In this document: positions 20,525-31,460 of the stretch, piece by piece | Layout: every line of letters begins with the position of its first letter | Position numbering within the stretch: position 1 is the stretch's first letter | Source of the DNA: Wickerhamiella versatilis | Taxonomy: Eukaryota | Length of the DNA stretch: 64,000 bases | Assembly: GCA_030867685.1 (NCBI GenBank) | Contig: JAQOWU010000008.1 | Span: forward strand, 310,001 to 374,000 | Reading direction: 5' to 3' | Position numbers and translations under genes: made by a program | Notes under the pieces: generated by a model | The model's database searches: none | The model's input: the letters and a program-made list of their open reading frames with translations, nothing else | What the model was told of the DNA's origin: nothing

Positions 20525-23500
20525 TTATGCATATGTTTCAAGAACTGAGCGGAGTTGCCTCAAACCGAAGTGAGCGGCCACATGGCGAAAAATCGAAATA
20601 CTTTTCTCGAGATGGGAAGGTGTAGCCACACATTCATAAGTACCGGAGCACGAACAGTAAGTCGACATATTGTCAGGTCTCACGCGATGACACTTTGAAC
20701 ATCGTAGATCCTGAAGCTGATAAGAAGTTAATGCTGCTAAGAGCTGTTGAACAATACGATCCTCAAGCAGAACATGATCCAGCTCATGATGGCAACTGCG
20801 GCAGCTCCACGCAAAGACATGAGGCTCTGGTGGGTCACAGAGGTCGATATCTACGACATCTTGACACCATTGGCAAACAACATCAGGAAGTACCAGACTT
20901 GCTGTATTCGCTGGTGCTTCGGCATTGGGATCAAACTCGCCAACATGAATTACACCCAACATCTTGCGGCGGAGACTTCTGAAGTTGTCATTAGAGGTAT
21001 CGTACTGAAAGACGGCACAGAGCGTCGATACAAATACCAGTAATGATGATTGATTTCTGTCTCCCGAGATTGTTTCGCGTAATTTCCATTCGTTTTCAGT
21101 CCCTGCCATCTGTGCTTGAGCATAACGTACTGCGAGCTGCTTGATTCGGCCCACCAGTGGCTTCTCCAAATACTCGAGTGCTCCTGAGTCCCCATTGTCA
21201 AGCCGAAGCATGTATTGATGAATCCATTCAGCTAGCTCCTCAGATAAAAATGGCGGCAGCGATGCACCAAGATGCCATTGTGCAGAATGCTCCATATTTC
21301 CTGGAGTAACTCGGACATTTCCACAGAAGTTTTTGGGATCACGCCACACTAGGTATTGCCAATGATTACTGACTGCAAAATCGGCATGTGCAAAAAGTGG
21401 ATTTGTACGTAGTCGTTTAACGATGAAAGCACCATACTCAAGGGAGTTTTCGACCTGTCGTTTTGGTGTTACCGCAATCAGTCGACTAGGGGACGCATAT
21501 GCCACAGATTCGCACCCTAAGCGCTTGATCCCAGAAACTAGCTGATTGAGTGACTTGGTGGTGAGGAGATGTACTAGCTGTTTTAGCTCTGTGCTATACA
21601 GAAACGCTTGTGGAGAGGCAATCCAGGGACTAAGTGCAGCGAACAAAAGCTCGGCATTAGTATTCTCACCAAGTGCGGATTTCCAGAAGTCTTTGGCCAT
21701 GGCAGCTAGAGTAGACCAAGCAACAGCAGAAAAATTTCCTTGTGCCAGACCACCAACATCAGTATCGGGATCAACGCCCTCGGCAGACAGAAGTTGAGAA
21801 GCAGTCAAAATCGTGTTAATTATGAGCTCACGGACCTCAATATCTAAACAGACATTGGTATACAAGCCTGGGTTTATTTTGGCGGGTACTGGCAATTCGT
21901 CAGTTTCCTGAGGGGGTGGAACAGGGTTCCACCATAAAAGATGTCTCCCCTCCATCAAACGCCGAGCAAGAAGCACGTCGATGCTGAAAACAGGTTCTGC
22001 CTTGGCCAGCGGAACATTTGCGAATGCTGCTAAAGAAAGGCGCTGTTTCAAAAATGCAGGAATACTTGCTGCCGCTCGAGCCATGCGACGCTCCAGCGTC
22101 ACATGCCAGTTGAGTGTTGGTAAGCCTGCGGCATCTACTTTGGGCGCTGGAAGACTGACAAAAGAAGAAAGAGCAGCTTGGAAGCGAATAGGTTGAACAC
22201 TATCAACAAGAGCCAAAGCAGATGGCTTTTCTGAGCGGAGATCATTGAGTACAGCGCAAGTTTTTGATGCCAGACGTCGAGCCTCAACTACCTCTGCATT
22301 GTTGAGAAAAGGTGGACCACCAGACTGAAACATAACAGTTGGGCTCCAACTGCTAGTTATTGCTACAACGGAAACCTTGTGAACCTGATAATGTTGAAGC
22401 AATACCCAGGGAGGATCAAAGTCTGGACGTTCAGAACTGAGCATCGGTTTAAGCCATCCAATGTCAAAACCTTGATCCAATCCTCTCGCCATACGACCGG
22501 GTGAAGGAACTAACGTGCAGCTCTGGCCCAATTTGATAATTGCGTGGTGCCATGGTTCAATGGCAGATTCGAAGACAGAATGTACCTCTGGCATATCTTC
22601 TGCTTCCAGCGCCTCAACGCCTTCAACAACATAAAGATGATCACTTGGTCTACCGTTAGGAAGTAACCAGTCGGTAGCCTTTATCCAATGTGGCCGGGGA
22701 TGCAAAGTTTCTATAAAGACTTTTGGCATCACATTGACTATAATTTTTTGCAGGTTTTGCTGGTGTGTCCATATTGCAAGTTGCGTCTTGGTTGCTGATA
22801 ACGGTTGAGCGTCCAGAATGAGCCAGGATGTAGGTTCACTATCGCCACTAATAGTTCGTAACCCCATTTGTCGGCGGTAAATACGTTGTGACTGGGCTCT
22901 TTGAACGGTACGTTTGCGCCAGAGGGGCTTCATATGGGCTAAATACGCACTATAATCGACATCAGGATCAGGAGGTTGTGAATCCGGGACTGATAATATT
23001 TCAGCCAAAGTTTCATCATCGTTCACTGTCCGATTCCCTCGTTGTCGTTTCGTAATTCGGACTACACCAGAGCCAACATTACCATTTGAAACAATGTCCT
23101 CAACATCGCGCTCCATTCTTTCAAGATGATCTTTTTTGCTAGTCTTAGCAAAACCTAGCTTGGCTTGCTTGGCGGATTCAGCCTCTCTTAGAATACGCTT
23201 TTCCAGCCAAACTGGGTTGGTTACTCGTGTACAAGGATTAGGAATGCGCTGGCGGACTGCGGGGATTGTTATGATTTTTTGAATAGTAGCAGCAAGACGC
23301 TCCCTATAATAACCCCAATCTATAATAGTCCGGGGGTCAAAGTTATCTAGTCCAGGCTGCTTAAGCCATTTGCGGAGGAAGAAGCCTTTGACAGAGGCTT
23401 CGGCATTAAAAATAGCAACTGGTATAGCTCTGCTTGCGACAGGCTCATGAATAGGCTCGCTACTTATAATATAACGACATACCAATCCTTTGTCCTGTAC

Positions 23501-26500
23501 CATTTGTGAACCCAGGAATTCACCTAACCGTTTGGCAGTGCAGATTGCTGTTGATTTTTGCCCACCATATTCACTCAAGGCTTTTGACATACTTTTGTTT
23601 TCACTAAGAAGTTGCATGAGATCAGCATCTTCGACAGTGCTACCTTGTGTGTCACAGATATCCAACCACGCATTTGCAACTTTTGCAACTGCTGCATAAC
23701 ATTCCTCAAGTGTATTGCCTTCCAAAAATCGTCCAAAAACTTGGGATTGGAAGCTTTTGATAAGACTGAGCTCACCTCGACGTTTCAGCTCAAAACCTTT
23801 GAGTTCAGCCAGCGAGCCATCGAAATTGAAGACAGCATACCGTTTTTTGAGCCCTTTGCCCTCCTCTCGACTAGATGGCATGACCATAGCACGGTAAGGG
23901 CCGTCAACTTCGAACCATATGGTATTGTCGCGCGTAATTTCGAATGAGCCATCTTCATGAACAACATGATATTGCTCATTTGTAAACTTTTTGTGAACAA
24001 GATAATTCAACATTGCGCAAGGATAAGCCATTGGAACTTTTTTCCCATTTCGAAGTTCAAACATATAGTCGCCAGGAAAGCTTTCGGGTAAAATACACCA
24101 TATTCCATCTGTATCAAGCTCAAGTGGACGACCAAGTCTTTCGACCATGCTTCTTGCAAGCTGAATTATTGTAGCCCCTGTTAAACAAGTGACCCCTGCC
24201 ATTTCCATTGAATACCATCGCGAACCCTTTCGCATGACATAGCCATAAAAGGAATTTAAGATAACCTTGTGGGCAAGCTGCATAGAATCGTAGAGAACAA
24301 CCATTTTGCCAGCAGCTTCGCGTTCAGCAGTATTACTTCTAGGAATATCAGACAGCTTGCGTTTCCAGACCTTATTGAGACCTTTGAATTCATAACGCCT
24401 ATCACGAAATGCACGAACAGTATTTACATAAAATGGGTTTTCGCGTTGGCAGACAATTGCCTCACGCTCCACAGTCTCTGAGTCACGAAGCTTGTGATAA
24501 ATTTTCCTGCTGTAATCACCGAGCCGTTTTTTCATAGCTGCAGATTGCTCAGAGAGAGATAAATCGTCCCAGGTTTTGTTTTTGAATCGTTCCTGCTTGA
24601 GCTGTCTTTCAATCATTAAGTATTCATCACGCTTTGGTGGGAAAAACTCGCCACGCCACGCCCATGGAAGACGTCGATCGCACTGCTTCCCAGGGACGTT
24701 GAAGTCACACAAGGCACAATCCTCTTCAGTGATCATAGAATCTGGTTGCAGCCGATTGGTTGTCATTATATTGGGGTACATTGAAGCAACATCAACATGG
24801 TAAATCAATGGTTTTTCTTTACGTTTCGGAGATTCTTTCAACGAAAGGAGACTAGTTCTGATATTCTCCTTTACCTGATCGTAATTAAGTACATCATCAA
24901 GTGACAATTCATTTTCCACCGTGATAGTAAATTTCAGGGCTGAATCCAACTGCTCGAGTAGCTCGTCAACAGCAGATGTTCCAACGTTGAAAGAAGTTGG
25001 AATATCAGCGCGAAAAACGCCTGCCTCAAGCGATTCGACATGACCACCAACATAGGTTTCCGATTCTATGAGGTGACCATCATAAAACCTGAAGAGAGGA
25101 TCTGAATGCTTATGAGGCAGTAGAATGTTTTTCTCATAAGCTTGAACGGTTAAGAGCATTTCACATAAGGTACCAGTACCCTTCCGCAGTACTTCATCAG
25201 GTCTAAGTGGTAGAATAGTGCAAAGAGAGAAAATGAATGGATGTACGTATTTCATGTACAAATAATAAGTTGCAACAGCATCAGACACAGAATACTCTGA
25301 AAGGACTTGTGGGAGCTCTTGAGCGTAAGGAGTCATCAACTCTGGATCCAATTCTAATGGGTTGTAACCCAATTTGGCAGTTGTAACAGCTTTAAGACCT
25401 TGTGATCCCTGAGGCAAATATGAATCGCGCTTAACCCAACGATAACAGTCCATGTGAACACAATAGCTTGATTTATATTCTTCTTCTTGATCAGGTCTGA
25501 ACCCGATTTCGTCATACATGCTAATTCCCCAGACAGATGCACGGGCATCTACGAATGGCCAATCAAAGAAGTCTCCGTTAAATGTAGCAATTACCGTAGG
25601 CCTCTCCTCCCGAACGTGATCAAAAAACCTTTGAATGACACTTCGCTCATTGGGCTCATTAAAAATGGTGAAGTATCCAGGAAATTCTGGTTTGGGAGTA
25701 TATTCAAAATCTTCAATATCAGCTGAAACAAGTTCACGATTTGTGATAAGATAGCCAACACCATCAATCATATATGATATCATCATAATTTGGTCAGTGG
25801 CTTTATCAGGAAACTTCAAGGGCTGCTTGGTAGTTTCAATATCAAAGGCAAGTACCACTGGGTCCGCACGTTCGATACGATCCGGTAATTCTGAAAGTTC
25901 CACGTCTGAATTCCCATTAGCTCGAACAGTGTACCACTTTCCAACCCGAATATTTAGGTCTACCGTTACACGTACGTGGTAGGGTACATCCTGCTCCTTA
26001 ATGTCCAGAATACAGTTTGCGGGATTTGATGGCATAGATTCTTCTCGAAACTTATCTTCTTCAAGTCGTTTTTGATTTTGTTCCACGTAACTGTACAACT
26101 TTTTTCGAGCACCGAGCAGATCCTGAACATTCCAAAAACTTAGTTTAAGTAGGGGTTGACGGATCCCTGTGAGGTGGTTAGGAAGATTAAGGTCTTCTTT
26201 CTCAATATAATGCACGTCTTTTAGCAGGAAAAGCTCCAAGTCTTTCCGTAAGAACTCTTCAACTGCTGTTTCAGATCCAGGAGAGCACTTCAACAAGAAG
26301 TAAGGGTCATACTTGATTGTCGTCTTGAAGTACCCACCTTCATCGTCTATAAAATAAAAATCAACACAACTGCGACCATTTGGTACTTGTGATACTTCCT
26401 GACTCGTGGGCTGAAAGTTCACAAGCCAACCAACGCGTGAAGAACCCGCATCATACCTTTCGAATCCCATAACCTCATCGATGGCATCTACAATAGCATT

Positions 26501-26593
26501 TCTTTTACGAAACCTTGATTCAGACGTAGCTTCTTCATTGAAAAGCTGCGCCGACATGGCTTTCCCATCCCTACGTGGTCGGTAACGAGCCAT
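20525..26593 (-). CDS. POL2: DNA polymerase epsilon catalytic subunit
   Basis: Exo motif AFDIETTK, DVASMYPNI, KVILNSFYGY, LELDTDG, CysX and C-terminal CysA/CysB clusters. Confidence 0.98.
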   Translation of the reverse strand: MARYRPRRDGKAMSAQLFNEEATSESRFRKRNAIVDAIDEVMGFERYDAGSSRVGWLVNFQPTSQEVSQVPNGRSCVDFYFIDDEGGYFKTTIKYDPYFLLKCSPGSETAVEEFLRKDLELFLLKDVHYIEKEDLNLPNHLTGIRQPLLKLSFWNVQDLLGARKKLYSYVEQNQKRLEEDKFREESMPSNPANCILDIKEQDVPYHVRVTVDLNIRVGKWYTVRANGNSDVELSELPDRIERADPVVLAFDIETTKQPLKFPDKATDQIMMISYMIDGVGYLITNRELVSADIEDFEYTPKPEFPGYFTIFNEPNERSVIQRFFDHVREERPTVIATFNGDFFDWPFVDARASVWGISMYDEIGFRPDQEEEYKSSYCVHMDCYRWVKRDSYLPQGSQGLKAVTTAKLGYNPLELDPELMTPYAQELPQVLSEYSVSDAVATYYLYMKYVHPFIFSLCTILPLRPDEVLRKGTGTLCEMLLTVQAYEKNILLPHKHSDPLFRFYDGHLIESETYVGGHVESLEAGVFRADIPTSFNVGTSAVDELLEQLDSALKFTITVENELSLDDVLNYDQVKENIRTSLLSLKESPKRKEKPLIYHVDVASMYPNIMTTNRLQPDSMITEEDCALCDFNVPGKQCDRRLPWAWRGEFFPPKRDEYLMIERQLKQERFKNKTWDDLSLSEQSAAMKKRLGDYSRKIYHKLRDSETVEREAIVCQRENPFYVNTVRAFRDRRYEFKGLNKVWKRKLSDIPRSNTAEREAAGKMVVLYDSMQLAHKVILNSFYGYVMRKGSRWYSMEMAGVTCLTGATIIQLARSMVERLGRPLELDTDGIWCILPESFPGDYMFELRNGKKVPMAYPCAMLNYLVHKKFTNEQYHVVHEDGSFEITRDNTIWFEVDGPYRAMVMPSSREEGKGLKKRYAVFNFDGSLAELKGFELKRRGELSLIKSFQSQVFGRFLEGNTLEECYAAVAKVANAWLDICDTQGSTVEDADLMQLLSENKSMSKALSEYGGQKSTAICTAKRLGEFLGSQMVQDKGLVCRYIISSEPIHEPVASRAIPVAIFNAEASVKGFFLRKWLKQPGLDNFDPRTIIDWGYYRERLAATIQKIITIPAVRQRIPNPCTRVTNPVWLEKRILREAESAKQAKLGFAKTSKKDHLERMERDVEDIVSNGNVGSGVVRITKRQRGNRTVNDDETLAEILSVPDSQPPDPDVDYSAYLAHMKPLWRKRTVQRAQSQRIYRRQMGLRTISGDSEPTSWLILDAQPLSATKTQLAIWTHQQNLQKIIVNVMPKVFIETLHPRPHWIKATDWLLPNGRPSDHLYVVEGVEALEAEDMPEVHSVFESAIEPWHHAIIKLGQSCTLVPSPGRMARGLDQGFDIGWLKPMLSSERPDFDPPWVLLQHYQVHKVSVVAITSSWSPTVMFQSGGPPFLNNAEVVEARRLASKTCAVLNDLRSEKPSALALVDSVQPIRFQAALSSFVSLPAPKVDAAGLPTLNWHVTLERRMARAAASIPAFLKQRLSLAAFANVPLAKAEPVFSIDVLLARRLMEGRHLLWWNPVPPPQETDELPVPAKINPGLYTNVCLDIEVRELIINTILTASQLLSAEGVDPDTDVGGLAQGNFSAVAWSTLAAMAKDFWKSALGENTNAELLFAALSPWIASPQAFLYSTELKQLVHLLTTKSLNQLVSGIKRLGCESVAYASPSRLIAVTPKRQVENSLEYGAFIVKRLRTNPLFAHADFAVSNHWQYLVWRDPKNFCGNVRVTPGNMEHSAQWHLGASLPPFLSEELAEWIHQYMLRLDNGDSGALEYLEKPLVGRIKQLAVRYAQAQMAGTENEWKLRETISGDRNQSSLLVFVSTLCAVFQYDTSNDNFRSLRRKMLGVIHVGEFDPNAEAPANTASLVLPDVVCQWCQDVVDIDLCDPPEPHVFAWSCRSCHHELDHVLLEDRIVQQLLAALTSYQLQDLRCSKCHRVRPDNMSTYCSCSGTYECVATPSHLEKSISIFRHVAAHFGLRQLRSVLETYA

Positions 26594-26659
26594 CGTGTGA
26601 GAAGGTGCCTCGCGATTACCCTAACCCGCGTATATATATCTATTAAGAATATATTAGAT

Positions 26660-27598
26660 CTATAAAGAGTCGTCCTTTATCTGCTGTTTACGCGTATCAC
26701 GAACTGTTTCCAATAATTCGGTGAAATCTTTTTTAGGCATATCAACGAAGTCATGCGGTATATGGTTTACCGAGTGCGGGCGAGATGAAAAGCCTCTAGT
26801 GGCGTCTTGTCGCTCCAAAATTCTAAAGTCCAGCGGTCCTTTCCAATTCTTTAGTTCATCCCAATCAAAAAGCAAAGAATCTGTTGTTTCCAACCAGGGA
26901 TCAATATCGATTAGCCAGGCCCGTCTTTTGTTTTTAGGAACGTAAAGGTCGGCCACAAATGATGCATCTGGAAATTTCGCAATAACATGATGACAACTTT
27001 CAAGCAAAAGCTTCTCCAACTGTGCTTTCAACGGAAGCAAAAAGTCATAGTAGTTCATATCTCTCTGAGTGATGCCAATTACCGTACCATTTCGCACGAA
27101 GCAACGAAACTCAAACGAAGGGTTAAGTTCAAGCCACTCTCTTAATATTAATGTGATTTTTCCAGCACCTTCGCCATTACCAAATGCCTGTGTGAGATCG
27201 TGTGTTACATAGTCCGATGATTTCAATAACGAATAGATATCATTCGCTGAGATGCATTTCATGTCATTTGTAGGGTTGATCCAACAAGCATCCTTAGGGG
27301 CAGACCAATTCAGCTTGGGAGCGACGGCACCGCCAAGGTCAGCAATAGCTCTGGTGACACTTGCATGGAAGTCTTCAGGTGGTCTTGTAACCGTAACCTG
27401 GTCATCGTCGTCAGGTTGACTGTCTGTACCGTCGTCATCAGATGCAGATTCATGTAAATAGATTCCATCTGCTAGTAAGTAATCCTTAAAGCTTTGAGGG
27501 GCCTCTAAAATGATTGTGTGAGGGCATATTTTTTTCAGTTCAGGATACCATCTTGCATACTGACAGTTCTCGATGTGCCTCTTCAGGTCCGAGTCCAT
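26660..27598 (-). CDS. CDC123: Cdc123/D123 ATP-grasp eIF2 assembly factor
   Basis: GGAVAPKLNWSAPKDACW, LLKSSD, EFRCFV, WLIDIDPW, SLLFDW. Confidence 0.93.
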   Translation of the reverse strand: MDSDLKRHIENCQYARWYPELKKICPHTIILEAPQSFKDYLLADGIYLHESASDDDGTDSQPDDDDQVTVTRPPEDFHASVTRAIADLGGAVAPKLNWSAPKDACWINPTNDMKCISANDIYSLLKSSDYVTHDLTQAFGNGEGAGKITLILREWLELNPSFEFRCFVRNGTVIGITQRDMNYYDFLLPLKAQLEKLLLESCHHVIAKFPDASFVADLYVPKNKRRAWLIDIDPWLETTDSLLFDWDELKNWKGPLDFRILERQDATRGFSSRPHSVNHIPHDFVDMPKKDFTELLETVRDTRKQQIKDDSL

Positions 27599-27696
27599 CG
27601 ATGTCGCAACTTAGTCAGATACACAATCAGGTTCGTTCAATCTCAGGATTAAATGCTAATGGCTTCTTGGAATAGTATAGAGAAGCAATGGACTAT

Positions 27697-28497
27697 TTAG
27701 CTTGGATAATATTTAGAGTCTTCGTTGACTTCCTTTGCTGGATCAGAATTAAATCTGGCATTGGATCTCATTTGAGGTATTTGCATATGTGGCTGGGTGG
27801 GCACGTTACCAGGCATATAATTCCGGGGGTGTGCTGGCGGCATACGCATTTGACCTTGTGCTTGTGCTTGTGCTTGCGCTTGTGCCTGTGCCTGTGCATG
27901 CAATTGTGCCTGTACCTGAGATTCTGCCCGCATTCGGCGTACGGCTTCAGCCTGCATTCGCTGCACCGTCTGTGGGTCTGGAATGAAATAGTCTGGGGCT
28001 CTAGGTGACTCAAATCTTCCCACATTTGGCTGCATATAAGGCACCACGACCTGTTTGGTCCGGCGTGACAATGAACCCTCGTCACTAGAGTAGTCCATAT
28101 CAGAGGCCATATTTTGAGCATCACGGAATGCTTCATCTTCTGCTCGAAGGATATCTTTGTTAAGACGGGTACGTCTGGGCCAATATTCCTTCCATAGGTC
28201 TAGACGATTTTTTCTTGTGGAATTAAGGAATTTATTGAACCCAGCAGCTGAATGTCTCGCCGAAAGCTCATCCTTAATTTCCTGGAAATCATCATATATG
28301 ATATCACCAACAATATCACCTCCAGGGGTATAAGGCATACCCACTTTTGCCATCAATGGCGAATACTTGGGTACCGGCTGCGGTGGGGGAAGTTGATGTC
28401 TTTCTATGGTAGAAAGGGCAGCAACCGCACTTGGGGGAAGATCATTTCGAGCATAAATGAAGTCATGGGGGGCCCCATTACGAGGAACTTGTTGCAT
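27697..28497 (-). CDS. Uncharacterised protein with (QA)n and Q/P/M-rich C-terminus; start uncertain (ATG 28497 or 28551)
   Basis: Long ORF filling the CDC123-YIF1 gap; the longer ORF-track start overlaps YIF1 and is unlikely. Confidence 0.6.
   Translation of the reverse strand: MQQVPRNGAPHDFIYARNDLPPSAVAALSTIERHQLPPPQPVPKYSPLMAKVGMPYTPGGDIVGDIIYDDFQEIKDELSARHSAAGFNKFLNSTRKNRLDLWKEYWPRRTRLNKDILRAEDEAFRDAQNMASDMDYSSDEGSLSRRTKQVVVPYMQPNVGRFESPRAPDYFIPDPQTVQRMQAEAVRRMRAESQVQAQLHAQAQAQAQAQAQAQGQMRMPPAHPRNYMPGNVPTQPHMQIPQMRSNARFNSDPAKEVNEDSKYYPS
27856..27920 (-). repeat. Coding hexamer repeat (Gln-Ala)n
   Basis: TTGTGC/CTGTGC tandem units on the + strand encoding QAQAQAQAQAQAQ. Confidence 0.85.
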
Positions 28498-28559
28498 TGC
28501 CTGACGGTATAGACCGCTGACAGATTGCTTAGTCACCGTTGACTTTCGCATATCGAGGA

Positions 28560-29420
28560 ATGCAGTCGCAGTCCCCACCACTGCATCACCCGGTGCCTCA
28601 GCATCCGATACATCCTGCATATCAGGCAAATGCGTATGGAGTACCACCAGTTTCAGCTGCGGTCCCTGAGGCGCCAGCTGGCTTTCCTGTGGATCAGCAG
28701 TTTGGGATTGACATGGGCCGCCACGCGTTCCAGTACGGTCAGCGCTATTTAGGAGAGAATATGGAACGCTATGCATCGAATCTTCCCGTTTTTCGACACT
28801 ATTTCCAAGTCTCTAACAGTTATGTGGTACGAAAAATCGCGTTGATTTTGTTTCCCTGGAGGCATCGCAGATGGACTCGCGATCTTCTACGCAGTGATGC
28901 AACGGGTGCTGTGGAAAGTTACGCTCTTCCCCGGGATGATATTAACAGTCCGGATATGTATATTCCTGTTATGGCCTTCACGACGTTTTTGGTGGTGAGC
29001 GGTTTTGCTCAAGGCCTCAGTGGTGTGTTCCATCCTGAGCAACTGGGTCTTGTTGCATCGAAAAGCTTAGCAGTCATTATATGTGAGATAATATTCCTCA
29101 AAGTTTTTCTGTATTTACTTGGAGCTGGCTCCTCGTCTCTTCTGGACTTCATTGCCTACTCGGGATATAAGTTCATCGGAATCACCCTCGATACATTTGC
29201 GAATGAGATGCCCTCAAAACTTGTAAAGTGGAGTGTTTTCTTTTATACTAGTGCTGCCACATCATTTTTCCTGTTACGAAGCCTGCGGTATGTGGTACTC
29301 CCAGAGATTTCAATCTCCACGGCCACTTTGAATTCCAGCCAGCGTCAGCACCGAATACAATTTTTGTTTGTGTACAGCTTCGTTGTTCAGTTCTTCCTTA
29401 TGTGGTTGCTTCAAACTTGA
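28560..29420 (+). CDS. YIF1: Yif1 ER-Golgi membrane protein
   Basis: HYFQVSNSYVVRKIALILFPW, PRDDINSPDMYIPVMAF, AYSGYKF, FFLLRSLR; first ATG at 28560. Confidence 0.93.
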   Translation: MQSQSPPLHHPVPQHPIHPAYQANAYGVPPVSAAVPEAPAGFPVDQQFGIDMGRHAFQYGQRYLGENMERYASNLPVFRHYFQVSNSYVVRKIALILFPWRHRRWTRDLLRSDATGAVESYALPRDDINSPDMYIPVMAFTTFLVVSGFAQGLSGVFHPEQLGLVASKSLAVIICEIIFLKVFLYLLGAGSSSLLDFIAYSGYKFIGITLDTFANEMPSKLVKWSVFFYTSAATSFFLLRSLRYVVLPEISISTATLNSSQRQHRIQFLFVYSFVVQFFLMWLLQT

Positions 29421-29829
29421 AGTGAGACATGTCAATGCTTAGAGTTCTGGATCATTGATAGTATCAAGATTGCTAATGCGTTTTTTATATGATGTTCCTT
29501 CAGTGATCTTTTGGAACAGTAATATAATGATATGGCAAATATGGGCTTTAGAAAACACTACTCTTCAAAAAAAGTGAAGAACAGAACAGGCCTAATAATT
29601 CACAAGTCTTGAGGGAGATGTGAGGACTTTAGAGGGTGGGCCTATTGCTTGTCGGGAAATTAGTGCTCTTATATATTATCCATACAATGAGGACAATATT
29701 TAGATGGTGACTAGCATAGAATTTAGTCTGCTTGAGGAAAAAGAGTTTGAGATATGATTACTCCTATACAAAGTGTGTTCAGTGCAATGGAAAGATGACT
29801 TCTTGATACTCCTAACCCTAAGACAATAC

Positions 29830-30435
29830 ATGGCATCAGATTGGTATGCCTTGCTTGGGGTGTCGCCAGATGCAGATGATGCTGCCATAAGGAGGGCATA
29901 TCGTCGAGCTGCGCTTAGGTTTCATCCCGACAAGAACAGTGAAGAAGACGCAAGAGAAAACTTTCATGCAATTAGTGAAGCATTTACGGTTCTCACGTCG
30001 CCTGACCTTCGTGGCAAATATGACATTCTGCAGGAACAGGGACAAAGTGCTGAGGTGGATGAAAGAAACGATTTAACTAATTATTTCAGAGCGGATTTAC
30101 AGGAAAGAATGTCTAGGACTCGACACGAGGAGTCCTCATTGAAGAAAGACATTCTTGAGAATTTGAAGCGGGAAGGTTATGAACAACGACGGACCCTTGA
30201 TGCTATGAGAAAGCACAGTATAACTACTAAACCCGATTCTAAGAGTATAAGGACTGTCCGATACGGAAATGGGTCCACGAAAACCTTTACTAGCCTGAAA
30301 GAGGCGAGAGACAATCTTGACGGCTCTAATGATGACTTCGCACGCGTGTTACAATTCTTTCCAGCTCAAAGTTATTCTGAAATTTACGAAGCTGAAACAT
30401 TATCTCGCTTAAAAAAGCGGGCAACTCACCGTTAA
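29830..30435 (+). CDS. CWC23: J-domain protein, Cwc23/DNAJC17-like
   Basis: N-terminal J domain with HPDKN; C-terminal YEAETLSRLKK resembles the Cwc23 C-terminal motif. Confidence 0.65.
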   Translation: MASDWYALLGVSPDADDAAIRRAYRRAALRFHPDKNSEEDARENFHAISEAFTVLTSPDLRGKYDILQEQGQSAEVDERNDLTNYFRADLQERMSRTRHEESSLKKDILENLKREGYEQRRTLDAMRKHSITTKPDSKSIRTVRYGNGSTKTFTSLKEARDNLDGSNDDFARVLQFFPAQSYSEIYEAETLSRLKKRATHR

Positions 30436-30502
30436 AGTACAATTATGGTTTACTCTACATAATGATTTTGCATCTAGTCCTCCTATTAACACGCATAATA
30501 TT

Positions 30503-31372
30503 CTAACTTCCGAGTTTTCGTTTACGAGTTCTTAATACATTACCTTCTCCTTTGAATTTCGATGGTTCCGCGCTATCGATAAGTGGTACCACAGGGAATC
30601 CGAAGAAGAGTTCACCATCAGGCAACTCCAATGCTGGCGCATCTCGTTGGCTGTAGATTGACGTATCGACCTGCGAAACATCAACCTCAACCTTTTTGCC
30701 GCTAAGCTTCACGCCAGTTATGGGCTTTGTGGCAACTTTGTTATATTCCTGCGCCACGCTGGATGCCGGCCCAACAGATGGCTTATTTTCCTTTTTCGGC
30801 TCTGTATATCCAACAGGCGGAGCAAAATCGACCTCAAGGTCTGTTTCAACCACGCAAATACTTTGCCTATCATTTTCTGGTTTCACCTCAAGAACTTTAA
30901 TTTCATAAACTCTGTCGTTGTAACTGATTTGGAAGACGTCACCAACGGTCAACGTGGAAAACTGCCGGAGCGCAGTTTCTAGGACAGCCTTAGGATCAGT
31001 GATTTCCAAAAAAGCGACGCTTTGCGGCTGTATTTTTACAAAAGACCCCAATTCAAGGGTAACACTCGAGATACGGACAAGGCCGCCAAGGCGGTTGCCG
31101 AGAGTTCCGAACATCCAATCCGGAAGATACACACGACCTTCTTCTGCAGTAAATTCCAGGACACCACCATGTGTTTTCTTCTTTGTATCTTCACTACGAA
31201 TCTCAAATAGCATCGGATAAGATATACGCATCATCGTAAGTTTGTAAAGGGCTGAGTGAGGGACATATATTTTACCTCCATGAATGGCTGTGGCTTTCGT
31301 TCCACCGGAACGCATCTGCGAAACCGGATAGCAGCGAAAGTACTGCTTGTAAGACTCCGGGAACAGGTCCAT
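30503..31372 (-). CDS. UFD1: Ubiquitin fusion degradation protein 1 (Cdc48 cofactor)
   Basis: YPMLFE, THGGVLEFTAEEG, FLEITDPKAVLE, ETDLEVDFAPPVGY, SHP-like FKGEGNVL. Confidence 0.95.
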   Translation of the reverse strand: MDLFPESYKQYFRCYPVSQMRSGGTKATAIHGGKIYVPHSALYKLTMMRISYPMLFEIRSEDTKKKTHGGVLEFTAEEGRVYLPDWMFGTLGNRLGGLVRISSVTLELGSFVKIQPQSVAFLEITDPKAVLETALRQFSTLTVGDVFQISYNDRVYEIKVLEVKPENDRQSICVVETDLEVDFAPPVGYTEPKKENKPSVGPASSVAQEYNKVATKPITGVKLSGKKVEVDVSQVDTSIYSQRDAPALELPDGELFFGFPVVPLIDSAEPSKFKGEGNVLRTRKRKLGS

Positions 31373-31460
31373 GTCACAACACCAGAATAAGTCAGCAGAC
31401 TCAGGTCGCCACTTTAGTTAGATGATAAATTCGTTACTGGATATATCATAAATAATATCA

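Noticed and set aside
28552-28776. N-terminal extension of the minus-strand ORF into YIF1
   Set aside because: The ORF-track start is not an ATG and the segment is antisense to YIF1 coding sequence
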